From NCBI RefSeq assembly GCF_000142905.1, contig NW_013657655.1, positions 62,001-126,000 on the forward strand: a stretch of 64,000 nt of DNA, written 5' to 3'. The notes under the pieces are model-generated. The model made no database searches. It worked only from the letters and a program-made list of their open reading frames with translations, and was not told where the DNA came from. Positions within the stretch are counted from its first letter, which is position 1. Every line of letters starts with the position of its first letter. Positions 50,188-61,643 of the stretch are shown here, piece after piece. This stretch comes from Thecamonas trahens ATCC 50062 (lineage: Eukaryota > Protista > Apusomonadida). The position numbers were made by a program, and so were the translations under genes.

Positions 50188-53100
50188 CTACGAGTAGGCA
50201 AAGTCCGAGTCCGAGTCGTCATCAAAGCCAGCATACGAGACGGTCGTCCGCGAGCCACGGGTCGAGCGCTTGGCCCGCGGCGTCCGCGTCACCATCTCCA
50301 CCGGATCCGAGCCCGAGTCGGCTCCCGAGTAAACGTCGTCATCAAACGCGTCGTCCGAGTCGGACTCGACCACCTTCTTCTTCTTCTTGGGCGCGGCCTT
50401 CTTCTTGGGCGCAGCCTTCTTGGTCGCAGGCGCAACAACCTTCTTGCGCTTGGCCGGCGGCGTGCCGGTCACCGACGGCAGCGTCGGGTCCACGGCCTCG
50501 TCCTTAGCCTGCTCAACCCGGAGCTTGATCCGCTCCATCAGGGAGAGCTGCGACATGTCGACCGCCGCAGGTGCCGGAGCAGCCGCAGCCTCGGCCGCCG
50601 GCGCCGGCGCCGCAGCCTTGGCCTCCTTCTTGCGCTTGCGCGACGGAACGGCCGGCGCGGCGTCGACCGCCTCAAGATCGGTCGAGTCGTCGTCCTCGGT
50701 GTACGTGACCGACTTGGAAGTCTTGCGGGCGCGCGACGAGCGCGCCTTCTTGGGCTTGGACGTTGCAACAGCCTTCGGCTTGAGGAAGCCGTCGTCGGAC
50801 GCCGAGTCGGCGCCCCAGTCGTCATCGTCGTCACCCCAGACATCGGCCTTCTTCTTCTTGCCACCCTTCTTCTTCTTGCCGCCCTTCTTCTTGGTCCCGT
50901 ACGACTGGTCCTTGGTCCGCGACGCAGTGATGTCGGCAAAGGCCGCCTCAAACTCGTCGAGGTCAAAGAGCCAGAGGTCCTCGGGCCGCTTGGAGAGCAG
51001 CTCCTTGAGCTCCGCCTCCTTGGAATCGCGCTCGGTCACGAGCGCCTCCATCTTCTCGGCCGTGAGCGACCAGATCGGCATGGAGAGGAGGTAGTTGTAG
51101 TCGGAGGCCTTGACGGCAGCCACGGTGGTGTCGTCGTCGTCATCGTCGTCGTCGCCGTCGTCACCGGTCGCCGTCTTCTTGGCATTTTTGGGGAACGGCG
51201 TGTAGCCTTCGGCCACAAGCGTCGCCACCAGCTCGGCCTTGCGGACGCCCGAGACAACGAGCGAACCGTCGATGACCGCGCCAATAAAGCGTGCCTTGTT
51301 GTCGAGGCGGCGCCAGGCCTCGTCAAGCTCGGCGGTCAGGTGCTCCTTGCGCTTGATGTAGTACTCGAGTCGGAGCGCAAAGAAGTCGCGGATGATGTTG
51401 CGGACGTCCTTGTACTTGCGGATCCGGGTCTGGGTGTCAAACACGTTCATGTTGGTGACCGAGATGGTGGTCGAGACCTTGAACTTCTTTGTGAGGCCGG
51501 TCGCGAGCGCCGCCGCCATCTGCGCCGACGTGAGTTCGATCTCAAACGAGACCGTCGTGTCGGTGTGGTACTCGGTGTAGCCCTTGATGGACGGCTCCAC
51601 CTTGGCGGCCTTGCCCTTGCCGGTTGACTTGGGCGGGTCGATGAACGACTCGAGCAGGTCCTTGGTGCTCTGCGTCCAGCACCGGATTGGCAGCTCGTCG
51701 ATGCGAAGCGTGGTCTCCGACGTCTGGGTGATGATGCCGGTCACGGTGTAGCCGATGAGCTTCTCCTTCTTGTACCGCGGCTCAATAGAGCCGCCAAAGT
51801 CGCGGTACCACGGAACGAGCGGCTCAAGCTCGGCGTCGACACCCTCTGCGATGAGCTTGCGGATGGCCGCCGCAAGGTCGTACGGCGAGTAGTTGGGGAT
51901 CGAGGTCGACCAGCCAGTGCCAATGCCGTCGCACCCGTTGACAAGCGCCATCGGAAGAATCGGCATGTAGTACTCGGGCTCGATCGTCGCACCCTCCTCC
52001 TCCTGGTAGGCGAGGAGCGCGTCGTCGGCCTTGGGGAAGAGGTACCGGGTGATCGGGTTGAGCGCCGTGAAAATGTAACGCGGGGAAGCCGCGTCCTTAC
52101 CACCCTGGTGGCGGGTGCCAAACTGCCCGTTGGGCATGAGCAGGTTGATGTTGTTTGACCCGGTGTAGTCCTGCGCCATGCCAACAATGGTGGCCGCCAG
52201 CGAGGCCTCACCATGGTGGTACGCCGAGTGCTCGGCAACGTAGCCGGCAAGCTGGGCGACCTTGATCTCCTTCCGCAGGTCACGCTTGAAGCACGCAAAC
52301 AGGATCTTGCGCTGGCCAGGCTTGAGGCCATCAACCATCGACGGGATCGACCGGAGGTTGTCCTCCAGTGAGAAGAGAATGAGCTCGCGGTTGACAAAGT
52401 CCGAGTACGGGATGACTTCGGCAGTCATGTCGAGGAAGGTGCCCGGCTCAAAGGCCGAGAGCCACGCCTTGCGCTCCTCGACCTTCTTCTTGGAGAAGGC
52501 AAGGTCGATGACCGTGTCGGCGGCCTCGCCCTCGTGGACAAAGTCCTTGACGTGGGTCGGGAGGTCCGAAAAGTACTCCTTGGCCTCCTTCGGCTTGGAG
52601 GTACCGAGACCCTTGTAGTACTTGATGGTCCAGCCCTTGGTCGAGCCGCCAAGCTCCTCCTTGAACGTCTCGTACTCAGGGAGCGTGTAAAAGGTGTGCG
52701 AGGTGCGGCCCTTGCTGGCCTTGACAATCGGCGTGATGAACTCGCGGAGGAAGCCCGGAACCTTGAGGAGCGACGGCCAGAAGGTGTGGATAAAGTTGAT
52801 GACTAGGCCCTTGATGTGCGAGCCGTCCACATCCTGATCCGTCATGATCATGATCGAGCCGTAGCGGAGGGTCTTGATGGTATCGGCGTCGTACTCGACC
52901 CCGTGCTTGAGGCCCATGATCGTCTTGAGGTGCGTGATCTCGGCGTTGGCCATGATCTGCTTGACCGACGCGTCGCGGACGTTGAGGAGCTTGCCGCGGA
53001 GCGGGAAAACACCGTAGAAGTCGCGCCCGACAACCGAGAGGCCAGCCACGGCGAGCGCCTTGGCGGAATCTCCCTCGGTGAGGATGAGCGTGCAGTCCTT

Positions 53101-55169
53101 GCCCTTGGCGGTTCCGGCCTTGTTGGCGTCCTCGAGCTTGGGCACACCCGTCACCCGCTTGGTCCGCTTTCCGTTGGTCTTGCCGAGCTTCTGCTTGGCC
53201 TTAAAGTTGGCCCACTGCGTCACAGCCTCCTTGATGCCCGACTTGAGGACTTTCTTGAGGAAGGCGTCTGTGAGCTTGCACGTCGAGCCAAAGGCCGACG
53301 CCTTGGTCGTCATCTCCTCCTTGGTCTGCGAGTCGAACGACGGGTTGACGATGAGCGACTTGACAAAGACAAACAGGTGGGCCTTGATCTGGAACGGCTG
53401 GATCGAGACCTTGTTCTTGCCCTTGGTCAGCTTCTCGCGGAGCGACTTGACCACCTGGTCGGCCACGTGGTCGACGTGCTTGCCACCCTTGGACGTCCAG
53501 ATCGAGTTGACAAACGAGACCTGCTTGAACTCACCCTCAGATGGCGCAATGCACACCTCCCACCGGTCAGAGACCTTGGCGTACACCTTCTCCTTGGCCG
53601 CCATGTCGCCGAGGTACATGTTGACATAGTCGGAGAAGTTCTTGATCGGCAGCTTCTCGCCGTTGAGGTACACCTTGAGCCCGCCGTTGCAGCCGGCCAC
53701 GTCGTAAACGCGCTTGGTCATCATGGCCACGACGTCGTCCTCGAGCTCGGTCATGCCAAACTTGGCGAGGTCCGGCGTGAACGTGATCTTGGTCCAGTTG
53801 TCGCGCGCCTTGCACTTGGTAATGATCGGCTCGTCGCGCGACGACATGTTGTTATGGAAGACTTGCTTGAACTGCCGCTTGCGCGAGCCATCGGCCGTCT
53901 CCACCACAAACCGCGTCGAGAAAATGTTTGTCAGCTTGGCGCCGAATCCGTTCCGCCCGCCGACCACCTTCTCCTGCGAGTCGTTGTAGTTGGACGAGGT
54001 AAGGAGGTGGCCAAAGATGAGCTCCGGCACGTACATGCCCTCCTTGGCGTGCATCTCGACCGGAATGCCCGACCCGTTGTTCCACACCGAAATGGTGTTG
54101 TTCATCTGGTCGATCTCAACCTTGAGCATCGACATTGTCGAGTCACGCTGCTTGTTGTCGGCGGCGTTGACCAGAATCTCATCAAAGATCTTGTACAGCG
54201 CAGGGACGTACGTCACCTCGCGCTCCTTGGCCACCATTGGCTCGGCCACGTTGCCCGCCCGCGACGACGTCGTCGACGTCGACTCACCAGACGTTGCACC
54301 TGCGTCATCGTCGTCGTTCTTGGCCACCAGCGTGTACGTCCGCACCGTCGTGTGCTGCGTCGAGCCGACGTACGTGTCCGGACGATGGAGCACGTGCTGC
54401 AGCTGCGTCATCCGCGAGTACGTGTCCTCCACCGAGGGCTTCTCGCCACCAGCCGTGTTGTCGTCGGCCTCATTGCCGCCAGCCTTTGCAGCCGCGATCT
54501 CGTCGCCGCTAGCAGCGACCACGTTGGTGTCAACCTCGCCCAGCGGCGCCTTCTTGGCTGCCTTCTTGCCCGCCTTCTTGGCTGCCTTCTTGACTGGCGC
54601 CTTCTTCGGCGCCGGCGATGCCCACGATGCTGCGCCGTCGTCAGAGTAAGCCGACGGCTCCCAGTTGTCCTCCGAGTAGTTTGAGAACGAGTCCACTGCA
54701 GTGCCGGCGCGGGGAGCGAGTGTGAGTGGCGTGGAAGCCTTGGCATGTCTGCGGTGAGCGCCAAAAATTCAAAATTTTGAACAAAGCGCGCCAATTCGTT
54801 CTGCCTGTGTTAAACCTCTTTAGCCTGCTTAGACACTAGCAGGAGACGCTACATAGACAGAGCAAGAGGTTGGAGGAGGCATGAAGGGCGGGGAGAGGGA
54901 GGGAAGGGGGGGAGGGGGGAGCATGGGCCGGGGGGGGAGGGGGGGAGGGGGGGAACAAAAAGGCGCGATTTGATCAGGGTGGCAAGACGTCATGTCGCCT
55001 GAGGCCGTGCGGGACGAAGGGGGGTAAAAGGTAGGGGGATGGGAGGGAATGGTAGGAAGTGGAAGAGGGTGTGGAGTGAAGAATGTGGCGTGTGTGCATG
55101 TAAAGGGAGGGGGGGGGGCGGAGTGTGTGGGGAAGGAGGAAGAGGGGGAGGGACGGGTCGTGGCGTACT
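50188..55169 (-). CDS. TOP2: DNA topoisomerase II; ATG probably split by intron 55168-54696
   Basis: RPDTYVGS, EILVNAADN, GGRNGFGAKL, EGDSA, PLRGK, IMTDQDVDGSH, YYKGLGTS and catalytic ASPRYIF. Confidence 0.97.
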
Positions 55170-55399
55170 CTTGACTGGACCCGAGAAAAGTCTTGCTTGC
55201 AAATGGCGGCAAAGTTGGGCCACTCAGTCAGCGGGGAAAATCCGCCACGAGCGCGCGCGAGTTGGCCGTGGTGGGCCAGACTAGGTTGCCTGGTGGCAAA
55301 GAGACGAGGTGACGCGGTAGTCACCCTCCCGCCCTGGCAGATGGATCCAGAGGCAGAGTCCAACTTGGCAGGGCTTGGGTTTCGACCCAGGGCGGCATG

Positions 55400-56215
55400 T
55401 CATGAGTCGGACAGGCACCGGCGCATGGACCAGATGGCGCGATCGCCCGAAGCGAGGCCGCCTCCGACGGATGAGCCAACGAGTTCTGTCCATTCAAAAT
55501 CGCCCTGGCCGGCGGTCGCTGCGTAAAAGGTGTCGAGGGCGCAAAGGCCGCGCTCTTCGTAAGAGAAAAGGATGGTTGTGGCCGAGCTGGCGGCGTAAGC
55601 CCGGAGTGTGGCGGCAAGCGGCTCGACAAACTCATTGCACTTGAGGCAGTCGCAAGCGACGATGTAGTCAAAACTGTCGTCGGCGGCAAGGCCCGCGCTG
55701 GCGACGACTGCGGGGTCAACGGCCACATCAGGCGCCCACTCGAGCTCGGCGGCGGCGGCAGATCCACCATGCGCCGCGACAGTCTTCTCGTTGGCGGCCA
55801 GATTAGCGGCGAGGAGCGGCACGACAAGAGCTTGATCGGTAGCCACCACAGCAGCGCCGAGCGATGCCAGGACAAGCGCAGTGTGGCCGATGCCTGCGCC
55901 AAGCTCGAGGACTGACTTGCCCATCCAGGTGCCTGTAGCAAACGATGCCGGATCGGTGACAAAGTTGGCGGTGATCATGGCGCCCTGCCACACCCATCCG
56001 CCCGTTCCAACGTCCGTCGACTCTTTCAACACCAGAACCAGCTCGTTGTCCGCCTCATGAGTGTCTGCCTGCGGGAGTACGCCGAGAGCGAGTGGTGGAG
56101 AGGTGATGGTAGTCGTCACGTGGAGCTTCCTCGTCTCCTTCTCCACCTTTCCATGGCGCACAATGCTCCAACCCTCGATAATGACCGGCTCAAGCGTGTC
56201 CTCTTCGTCAGCCAT
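55400..56215 (-). CDS. METTL21/Methyltransf_16-family protein lysine methyltransferase
   Basis: GTGGWVWQGA, SVLELGAGIG, VVATDQ, ELEW, FDYIVACDC, SYEERG. Confidence 0.85.
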   Translation of the reverse strand: MADEEDTLEPVIIEGWSIVRHGKVEKETRKLHVTTTITSPPLALGVLPQADTHEADNELVLVLKESTDVGTGGWVWQGAMITANFVTDPASFATGTWMGKSVLELGAGIGHTALVLASLGAAVVATDQALVVPLLAANLAANEKTVAAHGGSAAAAELEWAPDVAVDPAVVASAGLAADDSFDYIVACDCLKCNEFVEPLAATLRAYAASSATTILFSYEERGLCALDTFYAATAGQGDFEWTELVGSSVGGGLASGDRAIWSMRRCLSDS

Positions 56216-56526
56216 GTTCTCGGTCGCTGTCTGGCGTCGAGTGCAGTGTGTCTGTGGCGCCAGCCAGCCTCTCTGGCCTCGCCTCGCGGGGGAGCCTGTA
56301 GCCCCCACCACTATCTCCATCGTGAGCCGATGGGGTAGATGATCAAGAGTTGCATGTCTTGGGTGTGTGAGAATTTGGTCATGAACTGGTTTACAGCTCA
56401 TGATTGGTTGGGGTTAGGGAAAAGGGGGCAGCGGGGGCGGGCAAGGATGCGATACGAACGAGGTGTGGAAGTGGAGGAGGTGGTCGGTGGTCATTGACGG
56501 CAACATTCAACTTGAAATTTGACAGA

Positions 56527-57894
56527 ATGGTAAGGCTAGCCTTTTGGCGGTATGCAGGTATGCACACCCCAACACTCCAAGGACAAGGACAGCATCCTCC
56601 ATGTCTATGTCATACATATAGATTTTGAGAATGTAGTCGGGTGTGGTTGTGGTTGTGTTGGTGGTTGTGAGGAGGGGAGGAGGGAGTGGGAGGGAGTGGG
56701 AGGAGGTGAGGCGAGTAGGGATCAAGATGGGCGCCAATGCGACTCACGCTGAACATGGATTGATGATGATGGGGATGGACATGCGGATGGGGGGGGGGGC
56801 ACGGGCGTGCTGGGGGGGATCCTGGTTTGGATATGGTTGGCTGGGCTGGGGGCGGGGTGGACTGGGCTGTGAACTGGGCCTGATCGAATGGTTGTACGAC
56901 TTGCTCGGGTGCGTGGCGCTGTGACTGGGTGGGGGGATAGGCTGCCGACAAGCAGGAGATGTTTGTGCCCGAGTGGAACGGATGGAAGGAGGTGTTCCTC
57001 TGCGGAACCGAGTGGTCCAACTTTGATCTTGTGTACAAGACCGAGTGGATGTGGGATTTTGACCATCTGTACGAGGACCTTGTGGCCGACGACGGGGCGC
57101 TGGCCAAGGCCAAGAAGGTGTACATCTTTGGCACGACCGAGCCGCAGCTTGTGGATGTGGGCGATGTCACCTCGCATGTGGTCCCGATCCCGACGCTTGT
57201 GGCTGTGGCCGGTGACGCGGATCTCCCGTCGACGCTCGGCATCAAGTCGGTGCAGATGGCTGAGGAGACCATTGTGCCAATGAAACAGCAGGGCATGGAG
57301 TGGGTCCCTATGCGCTCGCTGGTGGCCTCCGACTCGGACTGGGCTGACCACGAGGTGTACGTCCTCACGTGCAAGACTCGCCGGTCCAAGGTCAAGAACA
57401 TGGCCGAGGTCGACGCTCGCCGCTACGAGTACTGCCTCCCGTACATCTTTGTGCCGCGCCTCAACCAGCTGGTCAAGGGCGACTACGACTCGAACGTCTC
57501 CATCATGCATCCGATGTCGTTCAAGACCAAGGGCAAGAAGGGCAAGAAGGGCAAGACCGACTCGATCCGTGCCGTCTTCGACTACGACTGGCGCTACGAC
57601 GGCGACCTCGACGAGTTTGTCGTTCAGTACCTCAAGGACGCCGGCCATCCCGAGCATCTTGCCGGCGACCTCGCAGACCATGTCCGCGAGCGCGTCGCCG
57701 CCGCCAAGGACACCATTCGCGCTGAGCGCCAGGCCATCAAGAACAAGCTCGACGCCTTTTCACCCGAGGAGACTAAGGCTCTTGACGAACTCGTCTTCCA
57801 CAAGTACTACCCGCAGAACGCCTTCCCCAACATCTCCAAGGTCAAGTCGCCGTACATCAACCGGTACTTTGGCCGTGCCAACGAGGTCCACTAG
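56527..57894 (+). CDS. HIT4: HEAT-INTOLERANT 4 (HIT4)-like protein; probable ATG|intron 56530-56940
   Basis: F..GTEW, WDF..L, KVYIFG.TEPQL, GIKSVQ..EE.I.PMK, YEYCLPY, KYYPQ and VKSPYINRYFGRA.EV match plant HIT4 along the whole length. Confidence 0.85.
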
Positions 57895-58164
57895 CTCCCA
57901 GGCCACGTTTTAAACCCCAGCTGTGCGCTTGCCCCCGCCCCTGCCCCTGCCCCTGCTTTTACGCGTGATCGCCTTCGAGATCGCTATTGAACCCCCCCCC
58001 CCGCCCACCCTCCTCCCTCCGGGTGCAACCGCCTAGGAGGCGAGCTCGATCGGTTCGGCCATCAAACGACGAGGCAACAAGGAGGTGGGGGGGGAGGCAG
58101 AGAGGAGGTAGAGACAGAGTAAAGCAGCTCACTGTGTACCTGGGAGAGGGAGGCACAAGCGAGT

Positions 58165-60531
58165 ATGCGTATCTATATCAAAGGAGGGTTGTGGACGAAT
58201 GCAGAGGACGAGGTGCTCAAGGCGTCCATTATGAAGTATGGACTTCGCAACTGGGCCCGTGTCGCCTCGCTCTTTGTCCGCAAGTCAGCCAAGCAGTGCA
58301 AGGCAAGGTGGTATGAGTGGCTCGACCCTTCCATCAAGAAGACTCAATGGTCAAGGGAAGAAGAGGAGAAGCTGCTGTACTTGGCCAAGGCCATGCCCAT
58401 GCAATGGCGGACCATTGCACCGCTCGTCGGTCGCACTCCCGCCCAATGCCTCGAGCACTATGAACGGCTGCTCTCTCAAGCTGCAGGCGGTGATGCCTCA
58501 GAGCCAGGCTCCGGCAAGGGCGGTGAGCTCGACGACCCGCGGAGGCTCCGCGCTGGCGAAATCGACCCAAATCCAGAGTCCAAGCCTGCAAAGCCCGACG
58601 CCATCGACATGACCGAGGATGAGAAGGAGATGCTCCAGGAGGCCCGCGCCCGCCTTGCAAACACCCAGGGCAAGAAGCACCGCCGCCGTGAGCGCGAACG
58701 GCTGCAGGCCGAAGCTCGTCGCCTCGCCACCTTGCAGAAGCGCCGCGAGCTCTCGGCAGCCGGCATCGAGCTCAAGCCCAAGCGCAAGTCGGCGAAGGAG
58801 CGTGCCCAGGTCGACTTTATCAAGGAGATTCCGTTCCAGCAGCCGGTTCCAGCTGGCCTCTTTGAGGTACCTGCGGCGGAAAAGCCGCGAGCCAACGCCG
58901 CCGCGCTGGTCGGCAAGTCGGTCCGCGACATCGAAGGCCTCACTGCCGAGGAGCGCCAGATTGAGGACCGCAAGCGCGAGGCCAAGCGCCAGAAGCTCGC
59001 CCGTGCCAAGGATCCCACCGGCGCCCTGCTCAAGATGGCCAAGAGCAAGGAACTTTCGTCGCGCGGCGCTCGCGCTCCGCTCGTTCTCCCGGCTCCGCAG
59101 GTCACCGACGCCGAGCTGGGCGCGCTCGCCAAGCTCGAGTCTGCCACTGCGGCCAAGATGGCTGCGCTAGGCGCCACCGGCGCCACGCCGTCGGGCCCTG
59201 GTGCACTCACCGCCTCGCTGCTGACCAACTACGCGGCCACGCCGGGCGCAGGCTCTGCTACACCGGCTCTCGGCCCAGCTGGGCTCCGCACGCCACGGGT
59301 CGGCGTCACCGGCCCACCGGCTCCGCCGACGCCGCACGCCGGCATGGCGTCGCAAGCTGCCATCATGGCTGCGGCCGCTGAGCTCAAGGCCCGGACCGCC
59401 GCGACGACGCCGCTGCTCGGTGGCGAGTCGACTCCGATTCGGCCGACGCTCCCGCTGTCGGTGCCAGCGCCGGCGCCGCGGCCGGCTGCCACGCCTGTGG
59501 CGCCGACGCCGCTGCGCGACTCGCTCGCCATCAACACTGGCGCCACGCCCGCCCACGACGAAGCCGCGCTGCTTGCCGCCGTCGCCGCACAACGCGCCGC
59601 GGTGAGGTCGACGCTCCGTGAGCGCCTTGCTGCCCTGCCCAAGCCGTCCAACGCCGAGTTTGAGATTGTGCTCCCAAGCGACTCTGGCGCTGCTGCCGAG
59701 GACGCCTCGCTCGAGAACGCTCCGGCCAAGCTCGGCAGCTCGGCGACCATTGTCGACCGCGCCGAGCGTGAGGCCGCAGCCGCTGCTGCTGCTGCCGCCG
59801 CCGCCGCTGACGCCGCCGCTCTCCGCTCCGCGCCGGTCAAGAAGGGTCTGCCGCGCCCACCTGCCGCCGCTGCATCCGTCCTCACCCACCCGAGCGAGAA
59901 CGTGTACCCAAGGGCGTCACCGCTTGCTGCCGCCGAGAACCTCATTCTCGCCGAGGCCGCCCGCCTCGTCGCGCATGATGCTGTCCACCACCCGGTCACC
60001 CGCAAGGGCAAGGTTAAGAGCGGGAGTGACGCCGCGGCGCCGCCCAACACCGACATGGCGCTTGCCGACCTCATGAGCGCCATGGAGCTCATCGATGCTG
60101 AGGCATACGCCGCTGTTCCGCGCGCGGCTGTCGACGCGGCTGCGGCCGTCGACGCCGCCGCCGCCATCCCGCGGCTGGCCGAGACCTCGCTCGACGTCGA
60201 GTCGAGCAAGGCTCTGCTCTCGCACTACCGCGAAGCTGTGCGCAAGGCGTCGAAGAAGGCCGTCAAGGCCGAGACCAAGGTCACCACCCTTGTCGGTGGG
60301 TACATGGACCGGTGCGCCAAGCTCGACGCACAAATCGCAGCGCTTGGCGAGTCGATTGTGACCGCCATGACCCAGCTGGAGTGCCACCAGGCGCTGGCGA
60401 CCGACGAGCAGCTCGGCCTCACCTCTCGCATCAGCAGCTACACCGAGCTTGTGGCGCAGCAAGGCGCCCGCGAAGCCGAGCTTCAGACCCAGTTTGGCGC
60501 CCTCTCCCGCCTCGCCTCTGCCCGACCGTAA
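58165..60531 (+). CDS. CDC5L: Pre-mRNA splicing factor CDC5L/Cef1 (R2R3 Myb)
   Basis: IKGGLWTNAEDEVLKASIMKYG, QCKARWYEWLDPSIKK, GEIDPNPESKPA, EARARLANTQGKK. Confidence 0.97.
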   Translation: MRIYIKGGLWTNAEDEVLKASIMKYGLRNWARVASLFVRKSAKQCKARWYEWLDPSIKKTQWSREEEEKLLYLAKAMPMQWRTIAPLVGRTPAQCLEHYERLLSQAAGGDASEPGSGKGGELDDPRRLRAGEIDPNPESKPAKPDAIDMTEDEKEMLQEARARLANTQGKKHRRRERERLQAEARRLATLQKRRELSAAGIELKPKRKSAKERAQVDFIKEIPFQQPVPAGLFEVPAAEKPRANAAALVGKSVRDIEGLTAEERQIEDRKREAKRQKLARAKDPTGALLKMAKSKELSSRGARAPLVLPAPQVTDAELGALAKLESATAAKMAALGATGATPSGPGALTASLLTNYAATPGAGSATPALGPAGLRTPRVGVTGPPAPPTPHAGMASQAAIMAAAAELKARTAATTPLLGGESTPIRPTLPLSVPAPAPRPAATPVAPTPLRDSLAINTGATPAHDEAALLAAVAAQRAAVRSTLRERLAALPKPSNAEFEIVLPSDSGAAAEDASLENAPAKLGSSATIVDRAEREAAAAAAAAAAAADAAALRSAPVKKGLPRPPAAAASVLTHPSENVYPRASPLAAAENLILAEAARLVAHDAVHHPVTRKGKVKSGSDAAAPPNTDMALADLMSAMELIDAEAYAAVPRAAVDAAAAVDAAAAIPRLAETSLDVESSKALLSHYREAVRKASKKAVKAETKVTTLVGGYMDRCAKLDAQIAALGESIVTAMTQLECHQALATDEQLGLTSRISSYTELVAQQGAREAELQTQFGALSRLASARP

Positions 60532-60551
60532 ATTGTGGCACCCGTCTCCGC

Positions 60552-61622
60552 ATGCACTCGGCCTGGCTGGCACACCTTGCCGTCGTTCTCGCCGCATTGT
60601 TGGTGGCGGCGAGTCAGGCCGTGCAAGGCGCTTCACACTCTGTCCTCAACACCACCGGATGGCAAGAGGTGCTGGATGGTCCTGCCTCGCAACAGGCTAC
60701 TCTCAAGGGCATGCGCGGCACGTATGTGGCGTACACCGAGCTGGCCGCAACTCGCGGTTTTGGTCAGTTTCTGGCAAATGTGGCACATGACGACGGATGG
60801 CTCTTGCCAGCCGTGCCAAGCAACGCGTCGTACGGTGGACTGCTCAACAGCCACAATGCGCTCGCGCTCAATCTGCTTGTTCATCATCCGTGCAAGCACG
60901 ATCTGATTGGCGCCTGCGCGCCGCTCACCTCGGTCGCCGATCTGGGCTCGCTCTTTGTCTCGCCGCGCAAGCTCGTCGCCGGCATGGTTGCCGGTACTCG
61001 TGTCTCGCTCTCACAGATTGAGGCCATGCTGGCGGCTCGTCCGGGACCAGATCCGGCTCGTCCAGTGCCTGACGCGCGGAGGCACGCGGCGCTGGTGACC
61101 GGCGCAGTCTCGGCGCCAGATTTGATGGCGACCGCGTTTGCGGTCAACGACGACGGCTCGGCGCTCGACTCCCAGCTGGACGACGCTGTCCGCTTGCTGC
61201 TGAGCAATCCGACCAAAGGCTTGCATCTCAATCGCCAGGCGATGGCGCTGACGCTCTCGCCGATTTTCAAGTGGAACTCCGCCGAGTTTGAGGCGGCAGC
61301 AGGCGGCTCGGTTCTCGACTTTGTCATCCCGTACCTGGCCGACCTCGACATGGATGCAGCAGTGTTTGTTGCCGAACACGCGAGCGAGCTGCGAGTCAAC
61401 TACTTTCGCTACGAGCCACATGTCAACGGCAACGTGGGAGGGCTCTGCTCGCTCAAGCGATCGCGACCGTGCTACGGCTATGTGGCGCTGTTTGCCACGC
61501 TCGGTGGGATGCTGGCTGCGTTTGGGGTTGCGGCCGCGATGATGCTCGCTGCCCGGCGCGAGCGATGCTGCTGGCGCAAGCCGAGCCGGACCTTTGCCTC
61601 GGGCTACCGCGCCATCCAGTAG
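60552..61622 (+). CDS. Type I membrane protein with degenerate DUF547 domain
   Basis: Signal peptide; LNSHNAL, SLSQIE, DARRHAALV, LSPIFKW..EF; C-terminal TM helix (VALFATLGGMLAAFGVAAAMML). Confidence 0.7.
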   Translation: MHSAWLAHLAVVLAALLVAASQAVQGASHSVLNTTGWQEVLDGPASQQATLKGMRGTYVAYTELAATRGFGQFLANVAHDDGWLLPAVPSNASYGGLLNSHNALALNLLVHHPCKHDLIGACAPLTSVADLGSLFVSPRKLVAGMVAGTRVSLSQIEAMLAARPGPDPARPVPDARRHAALVTGAVSAPDLMATAFAVNDDGSALDSQLDDAVRLLLSNPTKGLHLNRQAMALTLSPIFKWNSAEFEAAAGGSVLDFVIPYLADLDMDAAVFVAEHASELRVNYFRYEPHVNGNVGGLCSLKRSRPCYGYVALFATLGGMLAAFGVAAAMMLAARRERCCWRKPSRTFASGYRAIQ

Positions 61623-61643
61623 TGGCAGGCTCCTTTTACATGA

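Noticed and set aside
52816-54684. Long antisense ORFs (622 aa opposite Top2; similar ones opposite ProRS, the desaturase, PPR and Top1)
   Set aside because: Shadow ORFs expected from high GC3 codon bias; no independent domain signal.
56760-56884. C/D box-like TGATGA...CTGA in the HIT4 intron
   Set aside because: Lies in low-complexity (GAT)n/G-rich sequence with no terminal stem or recognisable guide.
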